NCBI RefSeq assembly: GCF_900232105.1
Contig: NZ_LT934425.1
Coordinates: 1,770,001 to 1,802,000 of the forward strand
DNA length: 32,000 nt
DNA from: Candidatus Kuenenia stuttgartensis
GTDB taxonomy: Bacteria; Planctomycetota; Brocadiia; Brocadiales; Brocadiaceae
Direction of reading: 5' to 3'
Under the pieces are notes generated by a model. That model saw only the letters and a list, made by a program, of their open reading frames with translations, was not told the origin of the DNA and did no database searches. Positions 9,588-18,727 of this stretch are shown here, piece by piece (position 1 is the stretch's first letter; each line of letters starts with the position of its first letter). Position numbers and translations under genes: made by a program.

Positions 9588-11201
9588 TCAAGTGTAAAGT
9601 CTTTTAAAAAAAGAGGATAAAACCATGCCCCCGGTCACTGTTAAACAAACAAGGGGAAACCAATCTCCGTATAGCGTATAATAAGTATTATCGCTTTTAA
9701 CCAGTTTAATCCGGTTTAACAGAACGCCGCTTATCTCTTTTTGCCTCCCTTCGGAGTCGGTTAGTTTACTATATATATTCCCGTCAGGACTCACAAATGC
9801 CGATATCCCCGTATTTGCCGCACGCGCCATGCCTGTACGATTTTCTACTGCTCTAAATACCATTATTGCAAGATGTTGCTCCAATTCCGCGCTATCATGA
9901 AACCATCCATCATTTGTCACGTTAAATATAAAATCCACTCCTTGCTTTTTCAGGTTCCTTAGCAAGGCGGAAACCGTGTCTTCATAGCAAATAGATGCTC
10001 CAAAACGAAAGGTTTGATTTTGCAACGTCTTAAGATGAAATAAGGTGGGGGCTTTCCCGGGCGACAACCCAACAGAATAAGGCACTAGTTTCGCTAAAAA
10101 AGGAAAATATTTTTTCAGCGGAGTAAATTCACCAAAAGGCACCAGGTGGATCTTGTCGTATCTGTCCAGCAGTTTTCCGTTTATTCCATAAAAATAAACG
10201 CTGTTAAAATATCGTTGATCATCTTCCGAAAGAACCAGTGAAATACCGCCCAGGAGGAGGTTTGCATTCAATTCCTGCGCCAGTTGAACTACCGTAAGCT
10301 GCGACAGATAATCAATTTTTCTTCCCGTAAGGTCAGGGTTGATATTAAGTATCCCCGGCACCATCGTTTCCGGCCAGACGACAATATCTACCGGTTCCCC
10401 TTTAACGCGTACAGATAAATCATAATATTTTCTTAACGTATCAACTTCTTCCTCTTCCGACGGCGCTGCTTTCACGTCCTGCGGGATATTCCCCTGCACC
10501 AGACACACAACAGGTCCGTCATACGGCTTATAACCTTTAAGCCAATGCACGCCATACCATAACGCCCCAATAACAAATAGCGGCGGTAAAATATACGATA
10601 AATAAATAAACTCGTGTTTTCTTCCAACCCAAAGGGCTATTTCATCATTTTTTTCATTTCCCTTCTCTTTAAGAAAACAATGTGCGATTAACCACGCAAT
10701 ATACGCATTCACCATAATAATAATAAACGATACGCCGGAGACTCCTGTAATGTCACATATTTGTATTACCGGCAAACAGCGGTATTGAGTGTGGCCTGCG
10801 AAAAACCAGGGAAACCCAGAGAAGAGATAGGATCGTATATATTCCAAAGCTATCCACACACATGGGGCCACAAAAACGATGGGTAACTTTAGTTTTAAAA
10901 CGGCCCTTCGAATGCAAAAAGCAAAGCAGAGGAAATAGAGCGCACAATAAAGACTTAATAACAACCACGCCGCATAGGTAACATGCCGCAGCCATGAAAG
11001 CTCTGTGAAAAAAAAGAGCAACCCTACAAGATATGAAGAAAGAAGGACATGCTTCTTTCCCCGGATAATAAGGATAAACCACGGTACAAGTGCAAACCAG
11101 GCAAAATACCCTAAATCTGCAGGAGGAAAGGAAAGGCAGAAAAAAAGGATGGTTAAAAAGGAAAGGCCTGTAATTTGAATAATTTCTTTATTTCTCAACA
11201 C
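9588..11201 (-). CDS. lnt: Apolipoprotein N-acyltransferase
   Basis: 537-aa ORF with an N-terminal multi-TM region and a C-terminal CN-hydrolase domain (ICYEDT, NVTNDGWF). Its GTG start overlaps the moeA stop (GTGTTGA). Confidence 0.9.
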   Translation of the reverse strand: MLRNKEIIQITGLSFLTILFFCLSFPPADLGYFAWFALVPWFILIIRGKKHVLLSSYLVGLLFFFTELSWLRHVTYAAWLLLSLYCALYFLCFAFCIRRAVLKLKLPIVFVAPCVWIALEYIRSYLFSGFPWFFAGHTQYRCLPVIQICDITGVSGVSFIIIMVNAYIAWLIAHCFLKEKGNEKNDEIALWVGRKHEFIYLSYILPPLFVIGALWYGVHWLKGYKPYDGPVVCLVQGNIPQDVKAAPSEEEEVDTLRKYYDLSVRVKGEPVDIVVWPETMVPGILNINPDLTGRKIDYLSQLTVVQLAQELNANLLLGGISLVLSEDDQRYFNSVYFYGINGKLLDRYDKIHLVPFGEFTPLKKYFPFLAKLVPYSVGLSPGKAPTLFHLKTLQNQTFRFGASICYEDTVSALLRNLKKQGVDFIFNVTNDGWFHDSAELEQHLAIMVFRAVENRTGMARAANTGISAFVSPDGNIYSKLTDSEGRQKEISGVLLNRIKLVKSDNTYYTLYGDWFPLVCLTVTGGMVLSSFFKRLYT

Positions 11202-12403
11202 AGGTTATCGAGAAGAATAATATCAATCAATTGTCCTTTGGAAAGTGTTTCTGCTTCTTCAGGAATAATAAGAAGGCAATTCGCCTTTGTCGTTGCCAAT
11301 AAGTCAGCGGAACCATGCCATTCAACAGGAGAAACAGACCATGTGTTTTCTTTCCATTGACACCGTGCAGGGCGAAACTCGCGGCGTCTTCTTTTCGTGG
11401 AAATATCCGTTTCCAACAATGCCGCTACCGTTGTTCTGCTCAAAGAAGAAAAACCCATTAATTTCCGTATCGCCGGATAGATAAACAATTCGAACGTAAC
11501 CAGTGAAGCAACAGGGTTCCCGGGCAGTGCAAAAATCAATGTTTTGTCCTTTTTCCCGAAGATAACGGGTTTTCCCGGCCGTAACGCCACCTTTTCAAAA
11601 TAAATGCGCACCCCTGCTTCTTTCAAAACATCTCCGACAAGATCATATTCTCCCATTGAAACCCCGCCGGAAAGAATCAGGACATCCTTCTGCAGCCCCC
11701 GCGTCATTATCTCCACAATGTCTTCTTTCCTATCTCCGGCAATGCCCAGTATTTCAACCCCGGCATTCATTCGCCTTGCCTGTGCTGCCAGGGAATAACT
11801 GTTGCTGTTTCTTATTTGTACAGGAGACGGTTTTTCATCAACGTTTACCAGTTCATTCCCTGTAGAAATGATGCCAACGGCAGGGGCAGGATATACTTTT
11901 ACAACAGACTTTCCCACTGTTGCGAGTATCCCTATTTCCTGTGGACGAATCTGCATCCCTGCATGAAGAACTATTTGCCCGATTTGTATATCCTCGCCAC
12001 GGTTGGAAATATTGGCTCCGGTTTTAACAGATTTCGATATTTTTACCCGGTCTTCTTCCCCGGTATCGTCCGTATCCTCAAACCTGACTACCGCATCCGC
12101 ACCTTCCGGAACGGATGCGCCGGTCATAATTTTAGAAACACACCCCTGCGATACCTTCTTTGCAGGCATATCTCCCGCCGCAATATTCTCAATGATTTTT
12201 AATACGACGGGCGCGGTTTTCGTATCTTCCGCAATCACAGCGTATCCGTCCATGGCAGAACGATTGAAGGGGGGCATGTCGATGTCGGACCTTACGTCTT
12301 CGGCAAGACAAAAACCCCGTGCGTCCTCAAAGTACACCTCTGTGGGCGCTAAAGGGCTTACATTTTCAATAATAATTTTCTTTGCTTCATCTACTGAAAT
12401 CAT
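11195..12403 (-). CDS. moeA: Molybdopterin molybdenumtransferase
   Basis: 402-aa ORF with MoeA hallmarks: PPFNRSAMDGYAV, the ILSGGVSMGEYD MoCF-binding motif and PGNPVAS. Confidence 0.9.
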   Translation of the reverse strand: MISVDEAKKIIIENVSPLAPTEVYFEDARGFCLAEDVRSDIDMPPFNRSAMDGYAVIAEDTKTAPVVLKIIENIAAGDMPAKKVSQGCVSKIMTGASVPEGADAVVRFEDTDDTGEEDRVKISKSVKTGANISNRGEDIQIGQIVLHAGMQIRPQEIGILATVGKSVVKVYPAPAVGIISTGNELVNVDEKPSPVQIRNSNSYSLAAQARRMNAGVEILGIAGDRKEDIVEIMTRGLQKDVLILSGGVSMGEYDLVGDVLKEAGVRIYFEKVALRPGKPVIFGKKDKTLIFALPGNPVASLVTFELFIYPAIRKLMGFSSLSRTTVAALLETDISTKRRRREFRPARCQWKENTWSVSPVEWHGSADLLATTKANCLLIIPEEAETLSKGQLIDIILLDNLC

Positions 12404-12803
12404 AGTTTGCTATGTTAAATAAACAACAATGGTAAGTCAAGTATTGTTACGCTGACGAAAATAAACAAGCGCTTCCGATACCGTTGTATCAACACTATTT
12501 ACAGACTTATTGTGACAGCGCCTCACCGCTTTACAAATGAATAGTAAAAGTGGCGGTTGTCTGCTAAAATGTAAGGACATTTTTTTGTTAATGGTATGCG
12601 GTTCTTATTGGTGGATTCGTCGCTAAAAAGCCGCGCCTTAATCCGCATTCTACACAGGTTTGCAAACCGAACCCGTAGTTAGCCTTTGGGTGGAATTAAA
12701 ATTTTGAATTTATTTCGGATTTTACCATTAAATATTTTGACAAAAGTGCGAAGAAATACCTTTTAGGGTACTAACTCTTTGCCCTCTGTGAAAGGAGGAC
12801 GCG

Positions 12804-13322
12804 TTGAATCATTCCGTAGTAAAATATCCCATCTTCTGCTGGTTCATGTTGTTTTTTCCCCTTTGTTTTTACGGATGCGCCTCGTTAAGCAACAAAGACC
12901 ATCCTTTTCATTTTGATAGACAACATGCAATACTTTCGCAGAGAGAAGGGTGGCAAGTCCTTCAGGATGAAAAGGAGGGTATCATTCTATGGAATGAAGA
13001 GCACCTTGCCGCAATTGTCATGCTTTATAGTCCTTCCGGCAATAAAAAACTCACACCCGATCTGCTCAATCATCAACTGTTTATTGGCATAAGGAACAAG
13101 GATATTGTATTGAAAGAACCGTTAATCATTGACGGCAAGGACGCACTGCATTCATTATTATTGGGGGAACTCGACAGCAGAAAATTTAAATTTGACTCCT
13201 ATACTATAAAAGGAGAGGGCATTGTTTGCGACATCGTCTATTTTGCACCTCCCGATTTTTTTGACGCCAAGCATGAAGACTTCCTTACATTAATACAAAC
13301 ATTCAAATTCCCAGCACAATAA
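12804..13322 (+). CDS. Hypothetical lipoprotein
   Basis: 172-aa ORF. Its TTG start follows a strong SD (aaaggaggacgcgTTG). It has a hydrophobic signal peptide ending in the lipobox-like CFYGC. Confidence 0.55.
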   Translation: MNHSVVKYPIFCWFMLFFPLCFYGCASLSNKDHPFHFDRQHAILSQREGWQVLQDEKEGIILWNEEHLAAIVMLYSPSGNKKLTPDLLNHQLFIGIRNKDIVLKEPLIIDGKDALHSLLLGELDSRKFKFDSYTIKGEGIVCDIVYFAPPDFFDAKHEDFLTLIQTFKFPAQ

Positions 13323-13538
13323 CATATCTGCCGGGTATTGTAATGGGTCTGGTTTCTACCCTGTCTTGAGTGTTAAAATCTACAGGCAATCCGTCTTTCT
13401 CCTCCCAAAGAATTTCGTCTCATGCATTGAAGGCAAAAAACTCTCTGTGCAAAAAAAAATGTCTTGAAGCGGCTGTTTTTTATCACAAGTAATGTTCTAT
13501 TAACCGGATAAACAAACGGTAACCACAAATTAGTAAGT

Positions 13539-13689
13539 AAATTTGGTAACACTTTAGTTTTTTGAAAAAGTAGATGCGAAGCATTTGCCACCTTTGGGTT
13601 TGAATGCATTTATGACAATTTACGGTAAATGCTTCGCCCCTACAATGCGATTATTGGAATTTTCAAAAAACTAAAGTGTTACTAAATTT
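13539..13689. repeat. 151-bp palindromic MITE-like element with 30-bp terminal inverted repeats
   Basis: Left arm aaatttggtaacactttagttttttgaaaa (13539-13568) matches the reverse complement of the right arm (13660-13689) at 29/30. An inner pair gcgaagcatttgcc / ggtaaatgcttcgc is also present. The 23-mer gtaacactttagttttttgaaaa recurs at 18183 and, diverged, at 18728. Confidence 0.7.
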
Positions 13690-13740
13690 GAGAAAACAGG
13701 ATATTATAACCTTATGTTTATACACATCTTTTTCGTTTCC

Positions 13741-15752
13741 CTAGCGTGAGTTTATCACGAAATAAGGTGTAAGACAAAGACATCAAGTTGCAATCCAATG
13801 ATTTGTATCGGGTTGCGACTTTTTTTGTCTAAAAAATTATGTATACACTGAATAATACTATATTTATATTGCATTATATGCCTGTATATACTATTATACA
13901 CGGAGTATTAATCTATTACGTATACACTAACAACTAATAGCCATGGCTACCATTCAATCTAAAAACTCCAGAGGTTATAAATATTGGTATATTGTCGAAT
14001 CGCGGCGCGTTAACGGCAAGCCCAGGCCCATCGTCCTGGCCTATCTTGGCAAGGCAGACGATTTATTAAAACAACTGCAAGGTCTTACCGAAAAATTACG
14101 GCTCAAATCTTATTCACATGGCGCGGTAGCCGCATTGCTAAGTGTGGCCAATGCCCTGGACGTCCCTTCCGTGATTAATAAATATATAAAGTCGCCACGG
14201 CAGTATTGTGCTAAAAAACCTGTTCGAAATAATCTGACCGCCGGAAGTACCCTCTTGTTGGGTGCCGTGGGGAGAGTGTGTGTGCCTACCAGCAAAAGAG
14301 GATGGTGGGATTGGGCAAAGACGACTACTGCCGAATACTTACTCAGACACAGCTTGAGTAAAATAGACAGTCAGCATTTCTGGGATTTGATGGATGCACT
14401 TCCTGAAGAATCCATTGCAGAAATCGAGCGCGAATTAATTGAAAAGACATTTAAAACATACAACCTTCAAAGCGACACACTGTTTTTTGATACAACCAAT
14501 TTTTTCACGTATATCGACACAACTAATCTGCGATGCACTATTGCCCGGCGGGGGAAAAACAAACAAAAGCGATACGATCTCAGGCAGGTCGGGTTGGCGA
14601 TGGTCGTTACACGTAACGACATGATACCGTTGTTTCACCATACCTATCAGGGGAACATGGCGGATGCAAAGGTGTTCAGCGCGGTTCTTGAGACGATAAA
14701 AGACAGGATGACCGGATTAGGTTTCGACAGCAAAAAGCACACTATTGTTTTTGATCGTGGAAACAATTCCATGGACAATATGGCTATTGTAGAGAGATTG
14801 GCATTGCATTACGTTGGAGCGCTTACACCGTATCATCACAAGCAGTTGGTAGGGGATGCCATGTGTAATTTCAGGGAATATGACGTTGACGGCAGTAAGA
14901 TACAGGTGTACCATGACAAACGGGTTATTTGGGGGCAGGAAAGAACCGTTGTCGTATTTATTTCCGAGAAATTAAAGGTTGGGCAATTAAGGGGAATGTC
15001 TCAGTCTCTGGAAAAGGCAGAACATCAGTTAAAGCTCTTACAGCAGCATCTGTGTAATCCAAAGGGAAAGATGCGGGACAAAGAGGGTCTGGAGGATACG
15101 ATAAGAAGTGTAGTGAAATGTCAATTTGCGAAGGATGTTATCGATTGGTCGTTAAAAGAGGTATCTGAAGGCAAGTTTCAATTGAATTTTTCAATCGACC
15201 AGAAAAAGCTCGAAGAAATAGAAGGGGAACTGGGGTTCAGGATTCTTATGACAGACCATCACGATTGGGATACCGCGGACATTATAAAAGCCTACTATGG
15301 GCAATCAAAAATTGAACATGCCTTTAGAAATCTCAAGAACCCCTATCACCTTGCTTTAAAACCGCAATTTCACTGGACGGATCAGAAAATCAGGGTGCAT
15401 TTTTTTATTTGCGTCCTCGGATACCTAATGGCGGCGATTGTGTGGTATCAGGCAAAAGCGCACGCACAATTTAGTGGAACGTTAGATACCCTGTTAGACA
15501 CCCTTAATAATATAAGGCTTTCTGCTATGCTTGAAGAAACAAAGGCCAGAGGGAGAGTTAAGGCTACCTACAAATTGGAAGAAATGTCCGACAAGGAATC
15601 TCTGTTGATGAATGCGTTAGGCATTATGGATTTCCACAAACATCGGCTGAAACTTCAAGGACTCAGTGTATACAATTGATGTTGTGCTTAACGCATTGAC
15701 TGTATTTATGTTACGTTGCTTCATGCCTTATTTTGTGATAAACTCACGCTAG
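13741..15752 (+). mobile_element. IS1634-family insertion sequence, copy 1 (2012 bp)
   Basis: The terminal inverted repeats are ctagcgtgagtttatcacgaaataagg (13741-13767) and the reverse complement of 15726-15752, matching 26/27. There is a single 578-aa transposase. Three subterminal TATACAC motifs lie upstream of the ORF. No flanking direct repeat is visible. Confidence 0.88.
13943..15679 (+). CDS. IS1634-family (IS4-related DDE) transposase
   Basis: 578 aa. The N-terminus SKNSRGYKYWYIVESRRVNGKPRPIVLAYLGK is the typical IS1634-type opening. The C-terminal 257 aa are identical at the protein level to the ORF at 31225..31998. Confidence 0.88.
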   Translation: MATIQSKNSRGYKYWYIVESRRVNGKPRPIVLAYLGKADDLLKQLQGLTEKLRLKSYSHGAVAALLSVANALDVPSVINKYIKSPRQYCAKKPVRNNLTAGSTLLLGAVGRVCVPTSKRGWWDWAKTTTAEYLLRHSLSKIDSQHFWDLMDALPEESIAEIERELIEKTFKTYNLQSDTLFFDTTNFFTYIDTTNLRCTIARRGKNKQKRYDLRQVGLAMVVTRNDMIPLFHHTYQGNMADAKVFSAVLETIKDRMTGLGFDSKKHTIVFDRGNNSMDNMAIVERLALHYVGALTPYHHKQLVGDAMCNFREYDVDGSKIQVYHDKRVIWGQERTVVVFISEKLKVGQLRGMSQSLEKAEHQLKLLQQHLCNPKGKMRDKEGLEDTIRSVVKCQFAKDVIDWSLKEVSEGKFQLNFSIDQKKLEEIEGELGFRILMTDHHDWDTADIIKAYYGQSKIEHAFRNLKNPYHLALKPQFHWTDQKIRVHFFICVLGYLMAAIVWYQAKAHAQFSGTLDTLLDTLNNIRLSAMLEETKARGRVKATYKLEEMSDKESLLMNALGIMDFHKHRLKLQGLSVYN

Positions 15753-15873
15753 AGTTATTGTGGCAAGGGAGAAGATACATTAAGAAATTTAGCTGAACAC
15801 AGAAACACTGAATAATTATAATTATCTCTTTGAGTAAATACAAACTGTATTACATGGGAATGGCCAAGGACTG

Positions 15874-16496
15874 GTGCGGCAAAAAGCAAAGCTTCCGCTG
15901 CTAAGCGTATTGGAGACAGACATTCAAAGCCTGACCGGATTGCGATTGGATAGGGTACGCAGTCGGGAAGAGTCTGCATATTGGAATAGCTTGATTGATG
16001 AGTATCATTATCTGGGCTACAAGCCACTTCCTGGGGCGCAGGCAAGGTATTTGATTAGGTGGGACGGTGGAGATTTGGGGGCGATAGGTTTTTCCGCAGC
16101 GGCATGGAAAGTGGGAGTACGAGACCGGTGGATAGGGTGGGATGCGTTGACCCGCGAGAAGGGTTTACGCATGATTGTGAACAACGCGCGATTTTAGTAT
16201 TGCAAAATATCCGGGTGAAGAATTTGGCATCCCGTGTGCTTTCCCTTTGCGCGAGGCGAATACGAGTTGATTTTTTAGAGCCCTATAACTATGAACCGGT
16301 TCTTTTCGAGACATTTGTGGAAAAGGGTAGGTATTCAGGAGTCTGTTATCGCGCTGCGAATTGGCTTTACCTGGGAGATACAAAGGGAAGAGGGAAGTTA
16401 GACCGTTACCATATGCAGGGTGTTCCGGTCAAGGCCGTTTTTGTGTACCCGCTTGTTTGCAATCCCCGTCAGAGTTTGGCGGAGGTGGTGCAATGA
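15874..16496 (+). pseudogene. DUF4338 (DruA-like) protein gene, frameshifted and possibly 5'-truncated, upstream of a Tn5-like transposase
   Basis: Two ORF-track pieces (15874..16197 and 16059..16496) join into one DUF4338-like sequence: ...YHYLGYKPLPGAQARYLI...AAWKVGVRDRWIGWD...MIVNNARF | LVLQNIRVKNLAS...FETFVEKGRYSGVCYRAANWLYLGDTKGRGKLDR.... The join needs a 1-nt shift at the T-run 16192-16195. The frame is open only from 15838. Confidence 0.6.
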
Positions 16497-17917
16497 GCGA
16501 CTGGGGAAACGAGGAAACTGCAACGGCGGATTTTTCAGATGAGCGATTGAATAAACGGATGCGAGCGTTGCTGGATCGATTGGGTAGCAAGCCCGGAGCA
16601 AGTGTGCCAGCGGCCTGCAAGGGGTGGGATGAGACCATAGCCGCGTATCGTTTTTTAGATAATGAAAAAGTAACCGACCAAAAAGTATTATCATCACACA
16701 GGGACGCAACGCACAAGCGAATGGCGGGGCGTAAAGTGGTTCTCTGTGTTCAAGGCACGACGGAAATGGATTTTACGGGACGCAAACTCAAGGGGGCAGG
16801 GCCGCTCAGTATTCAGGAACGGATTGGTTTTTTCAACCACGTGACTCTGGCTGTTACGCCAGAGCGCCTTTGTCTGGGCGTGTTAGACGCAGAACTGTGG
16901 GTGCGCGACTTTGAAGACCGCAATAAAAATGACAAGCGCAAACAAAAGCCTATCGAGGAAAAGGAGAGTCATCGTTGGCTGGAAGGTTACCGTAGAGTCT
17001 GTGAGTTAAGCGAACAACTCCCCGGCACAATGCTCGTAAGTATTTCAGATCGGAAAGGTGATATCTACGAATGTTTTTGGGAGTCTGTGCGCATGGATGA
17101 GGGTAAGCGGGCGGAGTTTATAATTCGTGGTTGCCATGACCGAAGATTGCCGGAGAAGCTGGAAGATGGATGCTATAAAAAGTTGATGGAGGAGGTATCG
17201 GGAAAACCCATTTTGGGAGAGGTGGAATTCAAAATTCCCAAAACAGAGAACCGTTCCGCCCGAAGGGTGGTACAGTCGGTGAAGGCTTGCCGTGTTCGAC
17301 TCAAGCCTCCATATCGCAAAGGAGAAATGATGCCTGAAGTGGAAATCAATGTGGTGTTCGTCGAAGAGATCAATCCTCCAGGAGGAGGAGAGCCGATCGC
17401 ATGGTTGCTGCTCACCAGCCTCCCCATAGACACCTTCGGGCAAGCGTGTCTCGTGGTGGAATATTACCTTTGCCGATGGCAGATAGAGATGTATTTTAAA
17501 GTATTAAAGAGCGGTTGCAAGATAGAAGAGCGTCAATTGGAGACAGCGGAGCGTATCAAGCCGTGTATTGCTCTTTATATGATAGTGGCATGGCGGGTAT
17601 TGTTTGTTACCATGCTTGGAAGGGAATGCCCGGATTTGCCGTGTACAGCGCTTTTAGAGGATGATGAATGGAAACCCGTGTATATGATTGCCAAAAATGA
17701 AGCTCCACCCGAAACCCCGCCATCGCGCGTAGACTTTACCTTAATGGTATCAAGTCTGGGAGGATACTTAAATCGCAAATGCGATGGCCCACCAGGCCCA
17801 AAAACCATGTGGGTTGGCCTGCAGCGAATGGTAGACTTCACATTGGCATGGAAAGCCTTTGGGCCTGTGCAACCGAAAACACGGAATGGAAAAGATGTGT
17901 ATAAACATAAGGGTTGA
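16493..17917 (+). CDS. IS4-family, Tn5/IS50-like transposase
   Basis: The ORF-track frame is 16361..17917. The likely start is the ATG at 16493, after ggaggtggtgca, overlapping the DUF4338 stop as ATGA. The N-terminus WGNEETATADFSDERLNKRMRALLDRL...AAYRFLDN is Tn5-type DNA-binding. The DDE core includes YYLCRWQIEMYFKVLKSGC, and the tail GGYLNRKCDGPPGPKTMWVGLQRM is Tn5-like. The ends of this IS were not found. Confidence 0.85.
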   Translation: MSDWGNEETATADFSDERLNKRMRALLDRLGSKPGASVPAACKGWDETIAAYRFLDNEKVTDQKVLSSHRDATHKRMAGRKVVLCVQGTTEMDFTGRKLKGAGPLSIQERIGFFNHVTLAVTPERLCLGVLDAELWVRDFEDRNKNDKRKQKPIEEKESHRWLEGYRRVCELSEQLPGTMLVSISDRKGDIYECFWESVRMDEGKRAEFIIRGCHDRRLPEKLEDGCYKKLMEEVSGKPILGEVEFKIPKTENRSARRVVQSVKACRVRLKPPYRKGEMMPEVEINVVFVEEINPPGGGEPIAWLLLTSLPIDTFGQACLVVEYYLCRWQIEMYFKVLKSGCKIEERQLETAERIKPCIALYMIVAWRVLFVTMLGRECPDLPCTALLEDDEWKPVYMIAKNEAPPETPPSRVDFTLMVSSLGGYLNRKCDGPPGPKTMWVGLQRMVDFTLAWKAFGPVQPKTRNGKDVYKHKG

Positions 17918-18003
17918 GGGGTGGGTAAAAAGCCGTTGAAGTGCATGGTGCTTAGGGAATTGGATTTTTCTATTGTACCGTAGCGCTCAGCAGTCTAAAG
18001 TCG

Positions 18004-18060
18004 GCAAAATTGCAGATTGAGGACTGATTTCGTGCTTGTTTGGTTCTGGCTATGCCAACT
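18004..18060 (+). repeat. Diverged second copy of the repeat seen at 1779-1848
   Basis: aaattgcagattgaggactg is identical in both copies. It is followed by a related stretch, atttcgtgcttgtttggttctggctatgccaac here versus attttcatgcttgctgaacactggctttgccagc at 1813-1848. This copy has one GAGGACT unit where the other has three. Confidence 0.6.
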
Positions 18061-18094
18061 TAGGATTAATGAGGACTCTGATATTACATTCCCA

Positions 18095-18119
18095 AATTCT
18101 GGCGACACCATACTTAATT
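18095..18119 (+). repeat. 25-bp inverted-repeat partner (left) of 20421-20445
   Basis: aattctggcgacaccatacttaatt is the reverse complement of aattaagtatggtgtccccagaatt (20421-20445) at 24/25. The motif resembles the right arm of the hairpin repeat family (atatgggaagtgtcccctaatt). Confidence 0.7.
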
Positions 18120-18182
18120 TTGAATACTCCCATTTTTTAGCAATTAGTAAGCCTCATCGTGTTTCCCAATATCAACAAAAAC

Positions 18183-18317
18183 GTAACACTTTAGTTTTTT
18201 GAAAAAACTCTATAAAATTAAGGATTGCGTGTTTTATAGGAAATATAGAAGTATGGACACTTCCTTTATTTTTCCCCCAGATCAAGCAAGAAATATGGGA
18301 TGTGTCCCTAATTCTCC
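18183..18317 (+). repeat. Dispersed hairpin repeat, copy B (~135 bp)
   Basis: It starts with gtaacactttagttttttgaaaaaa. It then has attgcgtgttttat and a hairpin atggacacttcc ... gggatgtgtcccta, whose loop is tttatttttcccccagatcaagcaagaaatat. It is about 80 percent similar by eye to copy C and abuts the 5' break of the ATPase fragment. Confidence 0.7.
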
Positions 18318-18323
18318 AATTCA

Positions 18324-18719
18324 GGAGTTTCACCGGAAGAGAAAAGCACTATAGTCAATAAAGTTCCGAATGCTCTTATGGTAGGCGATGGAGTAAACGA
18401 CGCCCTTGCCATGTCATCCGGTTCCATTGGCATTGCGGTTCTGGGCAGCATAGAGGCGAGCTTGGTCGCAGCGGACATCTATTCAACGAAGGAGGGGGTT
18501 TCTCCTGTTTTAGACCTGATTTTATTAAGCAAAAACACCCTCTCTATTATTAAGAGAAACCTTGTAATTTCGTTTCTTTATAACTTTGCCGGCGGAATAG
18601 CCGCTCTTTTCGGAGGTATCTCGCCCCTTGTTGCGGCAATACTTATGCCTGTAAGTTCTCTCGTTATACTACTTTCTACGGTAACAGGCACAAGATTTAC
18701 CAGAAAATTCAATAAATGA
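18324..18719 (+). pseudogene. 3' fragment of a heavy-metal (P1B-type) P-type ATPase
   Basis: The frame is open from 18312. It reads GVSPEEKSTIVNKVPNALMVGDGVNDALAM...IIKRNLVISFLYNFAGGIAALFGGISPLVAAILMPVSSLVILLS, which covers the hinge motif GDGxNDAP-like and the last two TM helices only. Everything upstream of the hinge is missing and is replaced by repeat copy B. Confidence 0.85.
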
Positions 18720-18727
18720 TAACACTT

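Noticed and set aside
1986-12422. Numerous 60-200-aa ORFs antisense to or out of frame with the rSAM gene, rodA, mrdA, mreB, lnt and moeA (for example 1986..2585, 5506..5856, 10753..11082, 12003..12422).
   Set aside because: Each is fully nested in a longer ORF with strong family motifs. None shows a recognisable motif or a Shine-Dalgarno site.
12404-12803. A Moco riboswitch or other leader RNA upstream of moeA, and a tRNA-like stretch near 12600-12700 (ggtggattcg, ggtttgcaaacc).
   Set aside because: I could not draw the conserved Moco-motif helices or a cloverleaf with a 7-nt anticodon loop. The apparent stems are only 3-5 bp. A covariance-model scan would be needed, so no call is made.
13373-13609. 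A 78-aa minus-strand ORF.
   Set aside because: It runs through the left arm of the palindromic repeat and adjacent AT-rich spacer. It has no motif and no ribosome-binding site.
16361-16492. The upstream extension of the Tn5-like transposase ORF (MALPGRYKGKREV...).
   Set aside because: This part overlaps the end of the DUF4338 frame. The ATG at 16493, with GGAGGTG upstream and ATGA coupling, is the credible start, and Tn5-type homology begins there.
15753-18010. Terminal inverted repeats and target duplication of the Tn5-like IS.
   Set aside because: I compared 15753-15880 with the reverse complement of 17918-18010 and found no convincing match of 10 bp or more. The left end may have been removed by the IS1634 insertion, so no mobile_element boundaries are reported.
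18040-18094. A search for the missing 3' half of hicA on the far side of the left 25-bp inverted repeat. It would be there if the 18095-20445 segment were a simple insertion into hicA.
   Set aside because: None of the three minus-strand frames left of 18095 resembles a HicA C-terminus. The hicA truncation is therefore a deletion or rearrangement, not a clean insertion.
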